This document shows positions 1 through 10,808 of a stretch of 64,000 bases of DNA, piece after piece (position 1 is the stretch's first letter; every line of letters begins with the position of its first letter). The notes under the pieces are model-generated. The model worked only from the letters and a program-made list of their open reading frames with translations. It was not told the DNA's origin and made no database searches. This DNA comes from a bacterium (lineage in GTDB: Bacteria > Bacteroidota > Bacteroidia > Bacteroidales > FEN-979), in contig JAZDGR010000050.1 of NCBI GenBank assembly GCA_043806735.1, positions 280 through 64,279 of the forward strand. Direction: 5' to 3'. Position numbers and translations under genes: made by a program.

Positions 1-276
1 GGCATGTCGGATTATCAGGTCAGAACATACAAAGGTTTTCTCAACCATATGACCTTAACCTGTGTGGCATTGGAATGGGTCCTGACAGAGAGATTGGAAA
101 ATGCCAGCAACATTCTACTGTTATCAGTAAACGATGTCCGGATTCTGATTGCAAAAGAAATAAGGTCAAGGTTCGATTATGACTGCAATGAAAACCGTGG
201 AGAACAGTTGAAAAAAAGGCATAGGCAAAGGCAAAACGACTTCAACCGATATTATGAACTCAATTTACCAAAGTAG
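1..276 (+). mobile_element. IS701-family transposase, C-terminal part (runs in from the left edge)
   Basis: GMSDYQVRTYKGFLNHMTL resembles the G(L/M)xxY(E/Q)xRxWxG(W/F)xxH C-terminal motif of IS701 transposases; ORF stop lies in AAAGTAG, close to a probable right end. Confidence 0.7.
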
Positions 277-280
277 AACT

Positions 281-1714
281 ATGCACAAACCTGGTATCGG
301 CATCTTTTTTTTCGTCTTTTTTCTATCTGCTTTCTCATTTGCTTTTCAGCCTGAAGGGTACAAGGTAAAATTCCGAATCTACGGACTCAGGGATACGGTT
401 TGTCTGGTTGCAAATTATTACGGGAATGGCGCTTACATCAAAGATACGCTGCGTGTGGACAGGGATGGACGTTGCTTCTTCGAGGCCCCGGCCGACCTGT
501 TGAAAGGAGTTTACATTCTGGTGATCACCGATAAGAATTACTTCGATTTTGTGATTAACAACGACCGTAAATTCACGATGGAAACCGACGTAAGCGATCC
601 ATCAGGCCGGATGAAGATCACAGGATCTCCTGAAAACCAGGAGTTCTATGACTACCTTCATTACAACCAGGAAAAATTCAGAGAGATCCAGGCACTTCAG
701 GCGAAAATTCAGGCGTTTGAAAGCAATCCGGATAGTGTCACGGCCATCAATAAACGAATTACCGGATTGAACGATACCATCATCGCCTATAAACTGAACC
801 TTGTCAAAGAACGGCTCTCCTCTTTCCTGGCCATGTTGATCAACGCCATGAAAGAACCGGTCATCCCGGAAATTCCGATCCTCGCAAACGGCCGCAAAGA
901 TTCTACTTTTGCTTACAGGTATTACAAACACCATTACTGGGATGACATGGATCTTACGGATAACCGGCTTATCCGGACTCCGGTATTTCACAATAAGTTA
1001 AAGAAGTATTTCGACCAGGTGGTTGTGCAACAGCCTGATTCCATTATCAAGGAGGCGACCATTCTCGTTGAAAAAGCCCGGCCCGATCCCGAAATGTTCA
1101 AGTACATCGTTTGGTTTCTGACCTATCACTATGAGAACTCTGAAATCATGGGGTTTGATAAAGTATGGGTTCATATTGTGGATACTTACTATATCACTGG
1201 GCAGGTCACGTGGGTTTCGGCACCTGTTATGGAGAATATCGTAAAGAAAGCAAACCGAACACGTTCTCTTCTGATCGGGAAAATCGCTCCGAATATGATC
1301 ATGGTGGATACGAACAACCAACTTGTTTCCATGTACAACCTGAAATCAGATCTTCTCATCCTGTTATTCTGGGATCCCGATTGCGGCCATTGTGAGAAGG
1401 AGCTTCCCCAGCTGAAAGAACTTTATGACAAGTACAAAGAGGCCTATGGCCTGGAGATTTTCGCCGTTTGTTCCGACACCTCAATCGTCAAATGGAAGGA
1501 ATATATTAAAAAGAAAAAAATGACCTGGATTAATGTGGACGGGCCACGGACATTGACCGGAGATTATCATACACAATACGATGTTCAGACCACACCCGTC
1601 ATCTATATCCTTGACCGGGATAAAAAGATCATTGCTAAACGGCTTCAGACCGATCAGATAGAGTTGTTTTTAAAGAACTACCGGAAGAAAACTGTGAGCG
1701 TGCCAGAAAAGTAG
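281..1714 (+). CDS. Exported thioredoxin-like/TlpA redoxin (DUF5106-type N-terminal region)
   Basis: Signal peptide from ATG 281 (MHKPGIGIFFFVFFLSAFSFA); WDPDCGHC CxxC motif in the C-terminal redoxin domain. Confidence 0.8.
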   Translation: MHKPGIGIFFFVFFLSAFSFAFQPEGYKVKFRIYGLRDTVCLVANYYGNGAYIKDTLRVDRDGRCFFEAPADLLKGVYILVITDKNYFDFVINNDRKFTMETDVSDPSGRMKITGSPENQEFYDYLHYNQEKFREIQALQAKIQAFESNPDSVTAINKRITGLNDTIIAYKLNLVKERLSSFLAMLINAMKEPVIPEIPILANGRKDSTFAYRYYKHHYWDDMDLTDNRLIRTPVFHNKLKKYFDQVVVQQPDSIIKEATILVEKARPDPEMFKYIVWFLTYHYENSEIMGFDKVWVHIVDTYYITGQVTWVSAPVMENIVKKANRTRSLLIGKIAPNMIMVDTNNQLVSMYNLKSDLLILLFWDPDCGHCEKELPQLKELYDKYKEAYGLEIFAVCSDTSIVKWKEYIKKKKMTWINVDGPRTLTGDYHTQYDVQTTPVIYILDRDKKIIAKRLQTDQIELFLKNYRKKTVSVPEK

Positions 1715-1740
1715 GCACTGCGGCACCGAGGCACATTATA

Positions 1741-2088
1741 TTATTTCGCTGCTTCTTCGAGTACTGCCTTAAAGGCTTCCGGGTGGTTCATAGCCAGGTC
1801 GGCCAGCGTTTTCCGGTTGATGGCGATATTTTTCTCCGCGAGTTTTCCTATTAACAAAGAATAGGACATCCCGTAAGTACGGGCTCCGGCGTTGATACGG
1901 ATGATCCACAGGCTGCGGAAATTCCGTTTCTTCGTTCTGCGGTCACGGTAGGCATAGGTTAATCCTTTTTCAACAGAGTTTTTTGCAACTGTATGGACGT
2001 TCTTCCTTCTACCGAACTGTCCTTTTGCTAGTTTAAGGACTTTCTTTCTTCTCGCTTTTGCGGCGACTGCATTGACTGATCTTGGCAT
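1741..2088 (-). CDS. rplT: 50S ribosomal protein L20
   Basis: [16 protein letters not shown]...YAYRDRR...[11 protein letters not shown]; follows rpmI. Confidence 0.98.
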   Translation of the reverse strand: MPRSVNAVAAKARRKKVLKLAKGQFGRRKNVHTVAKNSVEKGLTYAYRDRRTKKRNFRSLWIIRINAGARTYGMSYSLLIGKLAEKNIAINRKTLADLAMNHPEAFKAVLEEAAK

Positions 2089-2149
2089 TTTACCTGTTTT
2101 TTGTCTTAGCGCCCCTTCCCGGGACCTTTCAGCTAAGCACAGTGAAACA

Positions 2150-2344
2150 TTAATTCTGAAGCATCTCTTTTACATTGGCCTCATCTGCTTTGTGAACCGT
2201 CGTAGAGTAGGTAAGATTCCTCTTCCGCTTAGTCGATTTCTTCGTCAGGATGTGGCTTTTATAAGCATGCTTCCGTTTGATTTTACCGGTGCCTGTCAGT
2301 GCGAATCTTTTCTTCGCACCGGATTTTGACTTCATTTTTGGCAT
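2150..2344 (-). CDS. rpmI: 50S ribosomal protein L35
   Basis: [14 protein letters not shown]...[14 protein letters not shown]. Confidence 0.98.
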   Translation of the reverse strand: MPKMKSKSGAKKRFALTGTGKIKRKHAYKSHILTKKSTKRKRNLTYSTTVHKADEANVKEMLQN

Positions 2345-2362
2345 TTGCGTAATTGTTTTGGG

Positions 2363-2914
2363 TCATTTCTTAGGAGCGATTATCATAATCATCCGTTTGC
2401 CTTCTAGCCGCGGCATCTGTTCAATTTTTCCGTAATCCACGACTCCTTGGGCAAATTTCAGCAAAATGAGTTCTCCCTGTGCTTTATAGATGATAGACCG
2501 GCCTTTGAAAAAAACGTCCACCTTGACTTTCGCGCCGTCTTTTAAAAATTTGATGGCATGATTCAATTTGAAGTTAAAATCATGATCATCGGTGTTTGGC
2601 CCTAACCTGATCTCTTTAATGACCACCTTGGCTGTTTTCGCCTTCATCTCTTTCTGCTTCTTCTTCAGCTCATAAAGGAACTTTTTGTAGTCGATCACTT
2701 TACAAACCGGGGGATTTGCTGTTGGCGAGATTTCCACAAGGTCAAGTCCGAGATTCTCGGCGATAGACAAGGCTTCTCTGATGTTGTATATGCCCGGCTG
2801 GACATTTTCACCCACTACACGAACGACGGGTGATTTAATTCTTTCATTGATAAAATGAGGGTCTTCCTTTTTTTGTGGTCTGAAGCGCCTCGGAGCATTA
2901 AACGGCGTAGCTAT
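2363..2914 (-). CDS. infC: Translation initiation factor IF-3, non-canonical ATA start
   Basis: LDLVEISP...[19 protein letters not shown] motifs. Frame stays open to ATA at 2914-2912, which includes the INERI motif and is preceded by AGGAGGT. Confidence 0.93.
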   Translation of the reverse strand: MATPFNAPRRFRPQKKEDPHFINERIKSPVVRVVGENVQPGIYNIREALSIAENLGLDLVEISPTANPPVCKVIDYKKFLYELKKKQKEMKAKTAKVVIKEIRLGPNTDDHDFNFKLNHAIKFLKDGAKVKVDVFFKGRSIIYKAQGELILLKFAQGVVDYGKIEQMPRLEGKRMIMIIAPKK

Positions 2915-2985
2915 TTTTTTACCTCCTATTGTTTAATAATTAAGAATTACGAATTACGAATGAAAAACTATTCACTACTCACTAC

Positions 2986-4926
2986 TCACAAATCTCCCAA
3001 TTCTGCCTTCATCTCTTCTTTCACCTGCTGAATAAACTGTTCTACTTTCTGCGGCCCAAGATCACCTTCTCCATGCTTTCTCACAGCTACTGTGCCTTCA
3101 TTTTCCTCCCTCTCTCCTACCACAAGCATATACGGAATTTTCATCAGTTCCGCATCACGGATCTTTTTCCCGGCTTTCTCATTCCGCTCGTCAACGAGGG
3201 CGCGAAGTTCGAAATTATTCAGCAAATTTAAAACTTTTTTTGCATAATCGTGGTATTTTTCGCTGATTGGCAGCACGATAACCTGGTCTGGAGCAAGCCA
3301 TAACGGGAAATTTCCACCGGTGTGTTCGAGTAGTACTGCGACAAACCGTTCCATTGATCCGAAAGGTGCACGGTGGATCATCACCGGCCGATGCTTCTGG
3401 TTGTCGGCACCAATGTATTCTAGTTCGAATCGTTCGGGCAGATTGTAATCCACCTGGATCGTACCCAATTGCCATTTCCGGCCGAGGGCATCCTGTACCA
3501 TAAAATCCATCTTTGGGCCATAGAATGCAGCCTCTCCGGGTACAACCACAGCTTCCAGGCCGGTTTCCCCGGCAACCTCCAGGATCGCCTGCTCGGCTTT
3601 ATCCCAGTTCTCATCTGATCCGATGTACTTTTCTTTGTTGGTTTTATCCCTCAGCGATATCTGCACAGTGAAATCTTTAAAACTCAGCGCTTTGAAGATC
3701 AGCATGACGATCTTCATCACTCCTTTGAATTCCTCTTTTACCTGATCAGAGGTGCAGAATATATGCGCATCATCCTGGGTAAAACCCCTGACGCGCGTAA
3801 GTCCGTGAAGCTCGCCGCTCTGTTCGTAACGGTATACGGTTCCGAATTCTGCCATACGAATGGGCAGGTCCTTGTATGAATGTGGTTGGGAACTGTAGAT
3901 TTCGCAGTGATGCGGACAATTCATCGGCTTTAGGAAGAACTCTTCTCCCGGAATGGGCGTGGTGATCGGTCTGAATGAACTCTCCCCATATTTCTGATAA
4001 TGGCCTGAGATCTTGTACAGCTCTACATTTCCGATATGGGGACAAATCACCTGGACATATCCCATCTTTTTCTGTGTTCTCTTCAGAAAAGTTTCCAGCT
4101 GTTCGCGGAGTTGGGCGCCCCGGGGTAACCACAGCGGAAGTCCTTGTCCAACGCGTTGCGAAAAAGTAAAGAGCTCCAGTTCCTTTCCAAGTTTCCGGTG
4201 GTCCCGCTTTTTGGCCTCTTCCAGCAGTACAAGATACTCATCCAGCTCTTTCTGTTTCGGGAAGGTGATGCCGTAAATGCGGGTCAGCTGTTTGCGGGTT
4301 TCATCCCCTCTCCAGTAAGCACCGGCAATGGTCAGCAATTTTATGGCCTTAATTGGACCGGAGTCAGGAAGGTGAGGACCTCTGCAAAGGTCGGTGAAAT
4401 GGCCTGATTCATAAAAGGTAATCTCCACGTCCTGCAGGTCATTGATCAATTCGATCTTGTACGTATCCCCTTTCCGGATAAAATAATCAAGCGCCTCGCT
4501 CCTGGATTTCTCAATCCTGCGGAATGGTTGATTTTCTCGGGCCAATTCCAGTATCTTCTGTTCAATCTTCGGAAAATCGTCGGAAGAGATGGAGTAATTT
4601 CCAAAATCAATGTCGTAATAAAATCCGTTCTCGATATCCTGCCCGATGCCAAACTTCACCCCAGGATAAAGCAATTCAATCGCTTCGGCCATCAGGTGCG
4701 CCGAGGAATGCCACATCGTGGCTTTTCCTTCCGGGTCGCTCCAGGTAAATAGTTTTATTGCGGCATCTTTCCGGATTGGCCGGGTGAGATCCCATACTTC
4801 CCCATCCACTTTCACCGAAAGCACATTTCTGGCAAGCCCTTCACTGATGCTTTGAGCAATCTGAAGACCGGTAGTTCCATCCGGGTATTGTCTCACCGAA
4901 TTATCTGGCAAAGTGATATCTATCAT
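2986..4926 (-). CDS. thrS: Threonine--tRNA ligase
   Basis: TGS domain, [39 protein letters not shown]. Confidence 0.98.
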   Translation of the reverse strand: MIDITLPDNSVRQYPDGTTGLQIAQSISEGLARNVLSVKVDGEVWDLTRPIRKDAAIKLFTWSDPEGKATMWHSSAHLMAEAIELLYPGVKFGIGQDIENGFYYDIDFGNYSISSDDFPKIEQKILELARENQPFRRIEKSRSEALDYFIRKGDTYKIELINDLQDVEITFYESGHFTDLCRGPHLPDSGPIKAIKLLTIAGAYWRGDETRKQLTRIYGITFPKQKELDEYLVLLEEAKKRDHRKLGKELELFTFSQRVGQGLPLWLPRGAQLREQLETFLKRTQKKMGYVQVICPHIGNVELYKISGHYQKYGESSFRPITTPIPGEEFFLKPMNCPHHCEIYSSQPHSYKDLPIRMAEFGTVYRYEQSGELHGLTRVRGFTQDDAHIFCTSDQVKEEFKGVMKIVMLIFKALSFKDFTVQISLRDKTNKEKYIGSDENWDKAEQAILEVAGETGLEAVVVPGEAAFYGPKMDFMVQDALGRKWQLGTIQVDYNLPERFELEYIGADNQKHRPVMIHRAPFGSMERFVAVLLEHTGGNFPLWLAPDQVIVLPISEKYHDYAKKVLNLLNNFELRALVDERNEKAGKKIRDAELMKIPYMLVVGEREENEGTVAVRKHGEGDLGPQKVEQFIQQVKEEMKAELGDL

Positions 4927-5069
4927 CGCTTAGTTTTCCTTGTTTTCGGGCGGCAAAGGTAGAAAGAATTTGAGAAGAATTTCCAAAATTTCCCGGATAT
5001 TTGCGATCCGGCTCTTTTACTGGGATAAATATAGAACTATTTATGATATAAGTCATTGAATTAATTTTA

Positions 5070-5759
5070 ATGAGAGCTCTGATCATTCAAAACTGCGAAG
5101 CTGAATCGTTTGGTTTGGTTGAAGTTTACCTGAAAGAGAATGGGATCCCGTTTGATGTATTTCACGTATATACCTTACAGAAATTCCCTCCCAGGTCTCT
5201 GTATAATCCTGTATTTATTGGGGGCACCCCCCTTTCCGTCAACGAAATGGGACGGCATCCCTTCCTGATGGTAGAGTTTCACTATCTGAAACAAGCGATG
5301 CAAGAGGGAAAAGCTCTGTTCGGTATCTGTTTCGGAGCTCAGTTCCTGGCAAAGCTCCTCGGTGCGGATGTAAAGAAAAATCCGGTTCCGGAGATCGGTG
5401 TCTATCGTGTGGAACTTACTCCCGCCGGAATAAAAGATCCCCTTTTCAGAGGATTCCCTGAGACGTTCCCGGTATTTCAATGGCATGGGGATACCTTTGA
5501 TATTCCGGAAGGGAGTATTAACCTATTGTCGTCGAAGAGCTGTCAGAATCAGGCATTCCGTCATGGAAAAAGTGCAGGGTTGCAGTTTCATCTGGAAGTC
5601 ACATCCCGGGATGCGGAGGAATGGTCGCTGAAGTACCGGCATGAACTAAACCTCGTAAATAAAACCAGAGACCAGGTGATTGCAGAGTGCAGGGAAGCTG
5701 AAGAAGAGATGAAACGTCTTGCCTTTCTTCTGCTTGACAATTTTTTCAGCCTGAGTTAA
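5070..5759 (+). CDS. Type 1 glutamine amidotransferase (GMP synthase-like, stand-alone)
   Basis: FGICFGAQ nucleophile motif, QWHGDTF, QFHLE. Confidence 0.88.
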   Translation: MRALIIQNCEAESFGLVEVYLKENGIPFDVFHVYTLQKFPPRSLYNPVFIGGTPLSVNEMGRHPFLMVEFHYLKQAMQEGKALFGICFGAQFLAKLLGADVKKNPVPEIGVYRVELTPAGIKDPLFRGFPETFPVFQWHGDTFDIPEGSINLLSSKSCQNQAFRHGKSAGLQFHLEVTSRDAEEWSLKYRHELNLVNKTRDQVIAECREAEEEMKRLAFLLLDNFFSLS

Positions 5760-5808
5760 AGTCGATTTTGTACTTTTGCTTATCAACCCGTTTAACCATC
5801 AGAGTTAT

Positions 5809-7476
5809 ATGACCAGGTTTGTTTGTTCATCCCTATGTTTTTTTATGTTATGTTCAGGGCTTTAGTGCGGTTCCCTCTCGGCATCTGGACAGGGGATGCC
5901 ACCGTTGAACATTACGATCTTTGACTCCGCGGCCACTGAGGGGTATTATTTCATGGTTCCGTACAGAGCCGCTCCGCCTTATACCTACCTCCATCCGCAA
6001 CTCATCCTTGATCACTGGGGAAGAATCATCTACTACCGCATTTTTTCCGGCCTTCCCATCTGGAATACAAACACATTAGATTTCAAGATACAACCTGACG
6101 GAAGGATGACCTATTATTCACGGTCGCTTGATCTTTTTTGTGTTATGGACAGTACGTTCACCATAGTTGACTCCCTGGATGTTGTTCATGGTTATGCGTT
6201 GGATATACATGATTGTCAATTTCTTCCCGATAACCATTACCTGATGCTGGCACAGGAATCAAGGTACATGAACCTGACTGCCTATCACTGGTTCGGGCCG
6301 AATAACAACCAGCCGGGCGGGGCAAATGCAGAAGTGATCGGCGCCGCCATCCAGGAATTCGATGAGAACGAAAACCTGGTTTGGGAGTGGAAAGCCCATG
6401 ATCATTTCGACTTCTCGGATGTAGATTCGGTTTGGCTTGCCGGTCCAAATAAAGTAGACTGGACCCATTCCAATGCGTTTGAATGGGATACCGATGGAAA
6501 CATCCTGCTTTCCTCCAGGCATTTCAATGAAATTACAAAGATCAACCGGCAAAACGGAAACATCATCTGGCGCCTGGGCGGGAAAAAGAACCAGTTCACC
6601 TTTTCCAATGATCCGCTCCGGTTTAACGGACAGCATGATATTCGCCGGATCGAAAACGGACATATCACCATTTTCGATAACGGGAAGTATCATGTTCCAC
6701 CGATGGCAAGAGCCGTGGAATATTCGCTGAATGAAAATAGCAAAATTGCCACGCTGGAATGGGAATATATTTATGACAGCACGATGTACAGCAATTCCCT
6801 GGGGAATTTCCAAACCATTGAAAATGGCAACAGAGTGATCGATTTTGGGAATTTATCAGGAAGTTTCCCCTGGTTTGTGGTTGTGAAGGAGGACAAATCA
6901 AAAGTGATGGAAATCTCCTGCCCGGATGAGTACGTAAGTTACCGGGCTTTTAACTATCTAATGCTCCCCTGGGAATTTCACCGCCCGTCAGTGGATTGTT
7001 ATCAGGCCGGAAGTTATTTTGTTCTTGAAGCTGAGCCGGGCCACTCTGAATACCGATGGTCGACGGGAGCGACCACGCAGTCGATTCCGGTCACCAGCAC
7101 TGGCACTTACTGGGTATTCGTCCCGCACGGGGAAGGACATATTTGTTCCGATTTTATCGAGGTGACCAGTATGAGCGACCCCTGTCCCCATGTAGGCCTG
7201 ACTGAGCCCCTTCCGCCGGAGGAAATCACGCTTCAATGCAGTCCAAATCCGGTGACGAACTCGGCGAGTATCTGTTTCTTTCTCCCTGCTGAAACGATGG
7301 TCAGGCTGATCTTGTCGGACCTTTCAGGGAAACCTGTCTTTTCGGTTCCGAACGCTACATATCCGGCAGGAAAACACACCATTCCTTTAAGTATTGACTG
7401 TATTTCAAAAGGACTGTATTTTCTTTATCTGCAGACCGGAGAAGAAATCATCATTCAGAAAGTAATTGTCCTCTAA
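5809..7476 (+). pseudogene. Aryl-sulfate sulfotransferase (ASST family) with T9SS C-terminal domain; in-frame TAG in the signal peptide
   Basis: WTHSNA, LLSSRH, GQHD, FDNG and YRA motifs; SPNP...GLYFL T9SS tail. ATG 5809 is in frame with the 5896 ORF but interrupted by TAG at 5863-5865. Confidence 0.75.
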
Positions 7477-8702
7477 GAACATTACCCATCGCATATTCCG
7501 CCAGGGCTGCAATGGTAAAACTGGAGTTGACCCCTAAATTTCCCTGAATCGCCGAGCCGTCGAGGATGTACATATTGGGATATCCGAAGGCATTCACGCG
7601 GTTCATCCCGTCATTTTTAATGGTCAGGCTCTTTTTGAAGAGCCCTTTCTTCAGCGTCATTCGCATGGCGTTGTCCACGGTCTGCATCACCAGGAAGATG
7701 ATCGTGTTGGACGCCCAGTCAGGATTGAGCATCATCCGGAGAAACTTCCGGGGATGCAAGAGGACAGTTCCAAGAAACTTTACCGGCCTGAGAAACACAG
7801 GATGCATATTTCCTGTCGCCATGGTGAGCAGTGTCTTCATGAGGTTGGACCCGTCGGGATACTTGACTATCTCAATCCAGGTATCTTTTTCAAGCTTGAA
7901 TATGGAGCTGATTGCCACTCCATTGTTCAGTTTGACGTTTGCGGCGGATGCAGTGCACAGTGTCTCGGAATTGGTGCGAAGAGTTTCTCCCAAACGGTCG
8001 CTCAGGTTGGGAAGGGTTTTGTAAATATATTTCTGGTGAAGCAACAACTTCAGAGTTCCAAGCACCCCACCGGCTACCACCAGCCCTCTGGAACGAAACA
8101 CCAGGGATCCGTTTCGTTTTTTTGATTTTGTGGACACAGAATAGAGTCCGTCCGCAAACTCGACTTTTCAGGCGAGGGTTTCTGAAAGAATGAGAACCCC
8201 AAGCCTTTCGGCAAACCAAAGGTAATTCTTATCAAGCGTATTTTTTGCATTTTCACGGCATCCGACCATGCAGCCGGCACATTCGGTACAGGGGTTCCTG
8301 TGAGGTCCTTCCCCTTGGAAATACGGATCTAGAGAAGCTTTTTCAGAATTATAGTAGACTCCCACATAGACATGATCAAAGGAACTCTCTTTCCCCATAT
8401 CCTTTGCCACCTCCCTTAGCACTTCATCTTCTTTGTAGAGTTTATCCAGCTTAACCCTGCCAAGCATGGTTCCGGCTTTCTCATAGCAGGGCTCCAGCGC
8501 TGACGCCCAATCGTTAAACCGGGTCCACTGTTCGTTCTGAAAAAATCCCGGAGGGGGCTTCATCAGGGTGTTTGCGTAGACCAGGCTTCCGCTTCCCCTT
8601 TTCCAACACCAGCACAGAATAGCCTTTTTCTGCCAGGCGCAGGGCAGACACGCTACCCCCAAAGCCTGAACCTATGACGATATAGTCCCACTCCTCCTTC
8701 AT
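7451..8702 (-). pseudogene. Degraded GMC oxidoreductase (cholesterol oxidase-like)
   Basis: [19 protein letters not shown] motif, [34 protein letters not shown]. Split by a frameshifting deletion, an in-frame TGA (8168-8170) and an apparent C-terminal deletion. Confidence 0.85.
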
Positions 8703-8734
8703 AGTAGCAAGTTACAGAAAAAGAATCGATCTTG

Positions 8735-10720
8735 TCATCTCACCACTGCAATCTTTTTCATCACTACCCCAAGGGCTGTTGTGGCTTTCACCAGATAGAT
8801 TCCGGAAGACAGGTCCGAAACATTTATGGGGGAGTTCTGCCTCCCTTCTTCTTCCCGGAGCCGGACTGTTTTTCCGAAACTGGTCATCAGCTCAATTGTT
8901 TTTAAAGGTACGTCGCTGCTGACGTGGATCACCCCTGAAGCCGGATTTGGATAGACCTCAACCCGGAATCCCTGAAGGTCGTCAATGCCTGTCATAAGCA
9001 CTTCAACCGTATCGGATGGAATGGATTCACAATAGGCATTATCAAATAGAGCGATAATATAATAATACAGAACAGGAGAACTAAGTGGCGGATCTGTATC
9101 CAGATAAGAAGTATCAGTGACAGGCTCCGGGGTAAGGAGGGTAAAAGCTGTTCCCACATCACTACTGCGATAGACATTGTATCCATATACCTCCTGTGTG
9201 ATGGACCCGGGGGAGAAAATAAGGGCCGGGCCTTTGTTTACCGTATCGGGTATCAGGATCCGCAGGTTGATCAGATAGTCGCCAGTGGTGGAGGGAGTAA
9301 GCGCTAAATAATCGGGGAATGAACCATAAAGAGATCCCCCTTGTGGACCGGAATTATCAGAGGACAAACGTGGATATGCATTATCCGGAGCCAGACCCAT
9401 GGGCTGCAGAAAAATTCCGACCATGCCACCACCCAGTCCGCTGATGCTGTCAAGTGAAATGTCTTCTTCCCAACCCCCATCTTCACTTGTAAAAAATGGG
9501 CCAATGGTGGCCACCTCCATGTATGTTGACCAATCGACCACATGGATCCTGTATTTCCAGTTACAGGGATATCCCCAAACAGCATGATGGAAGTCAATTT
9601 CGTAAAGCAACGCATATTGAAAACCTGACAGGTCAAATACGGTTCCATACACCCAGTCGAAGGATTGTAACGAGGCTGTAGCCGGATTTCCGTCATGATA
9701 AGCGATCTCTTCCTGAATCCATGATTGCGGAAAGCCCTGGTTGCAGATGGGAGGGTGCCATGAAAGGAGAACATCCTGACCGTTAAAATCCCCGGTTGGA
9801 GAGACTGGAGGGTTGCAATAAGGTGTAATACAAATATTGTCCAGATACCAGTTGGCAATATCTGCACTGTTATCCCCAAAAGCCCGGAACCGGATTTTCA
9901 TGATCCCGCCTCCGGCATCCGGGATTTCATGGTGGACATGTTCCCATCCAAAGGAACCGGTATTGGAAAACAGATCCATAAGATGCCACATGTCCTTATA
10001 ATAGACCTCTGCCGCCATGTTCTCTGCTCCGGTTGTGCTGACATCATCCAACCGGATATCGTAATCGAAATGAATGACTGCACAAGTGAACGGACCGGCA
10101 TTGATCAAATGACTGTATAGACACAAAATGTTGGTATAATTGGTATCAGCAGGAGTTCCCGTATAGGTAGCAGCCGGCGCCGGGAACCCCTCCAGAGTGG
10201 TGATGGTCCAGTTTCCTTGAGACGGGTAGAAAGACCATTCGGTATATGCAAAGGAAGCCTGATCCCAATGTTCACAAAATGGCAGACATCCGGAACAAAT
10301 AATGATGATCTCTTCCGGACCAGCCGGAACCGATTCGTCAAAAAAACCGGGATAGTCGTATTCCGTCAAATCATAATAGGCGGAAACGGAATAGGTACGG
10401 TCACCGGGCATGACCGTAAAATCGTAATACCAGGTAGTATCCTGACCTGACACGTATGCCAGGTAAGCGCCATCCCGGTAGATTCTGTACCCGATTAGTC
10501 CAGGAGGATTGCTGATTACCGGCTTATCCCAGGTTAAATAGGCATCGCATTCTACAGCTTCTACCTCCAGATTTGTGGGAGGCTCTAAGGTATACCAGGG
10601 AAGTTGAGCGCAAAGCCCTACTCCCCCAAAAATAAGAAGGATCAACAAAATTCCTCTCAGAAGTGTTGATATGGAGGTAAAAAAAAACATATTGGAATAT
10701 AATCTGGATGAATAGAGCAT
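8735..10720 (-). CDS. Secreted protein with FN3-like repeats and T9SS C-terminal domain
   Basis: Hydrophobic N-terminal signal region; PPTNL...W...GYRIYR and GYNVYR FN3-like motifs; VYPNP...GIYLV tail. True start may be a later Met. Confidence 0.75.
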   Translation of the reverse strand: MLYSSRLYSNMFFFTSISTLLRGILLILLIFGGVGLCAQLPWYTLEPPTNLEVEAVECDAYLTWDKPVISNPPGLIGYRIYRDGAYLAYVSGQDTTWYYDFTVMPGDRTYSVSAYYDLTEYDYPGFFDESVPAGPEEIIIICSGCLPFCEHWDQASFAYTEWSFYPSQGNWTITTLEGFPAPAATYTGTPADTNYTNILCLYSHLINAGPFTCAVIHFDYDIRLDDVSTTGAENMAAEVYYKDMWHLMDLFSNTGSFGWEHVHHEIPDAGGGIMKIRFRAFGDNSADIANWYLDNICITPYCNPPVSPTGDFNGQDVLLSWHPPICNQGFPQSWIQEEIAYHDGNPATASLQSFDWVYGTVFDLSGFQYALLYEIDFHHAVWGYPCNWKYRIHVVDWSTYMEVATIGPFFTSEDGGWEEDISLDSISGLGGGMVGIFLQPMGLAPDNAYPRLSSDNSGPQGGSLYGSFPDYLALTPSTTGDYLINLRILIPDTVNKGPALIFSPGSITQEVYGYNVYRSSDVGTAFTLLTPEPVTDTSYLDTDPPLSSPVLYYYIIALFDNAYCESIPSDTVEVLMTGIDDLQGFRVEVYPNPASGVIHVSSDVPLKTIELMTSFGKTVRLREEEGRQNSPINVSDLSSGIYLVKATTALGVVMKKIAVVR

Positions 10721-10808
10721 AAATTACGGGCAAATACTTACCCGATCCAAATATACAAAAAAAAACCTAAAATTTTCAAAAAAAATTCAGAAACTTTCGA
10801 ACCGGATT

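Noticed and set aside
8168..8170. Selenocysteine or recoded TGA in the GMC gene; general stop-codon reassignment
   Set aside because: The gene also has deletions and a frameshift. The in-frame stops in the window are of three kinds (TAG, TGA, TAA), and all three end normal genes here.
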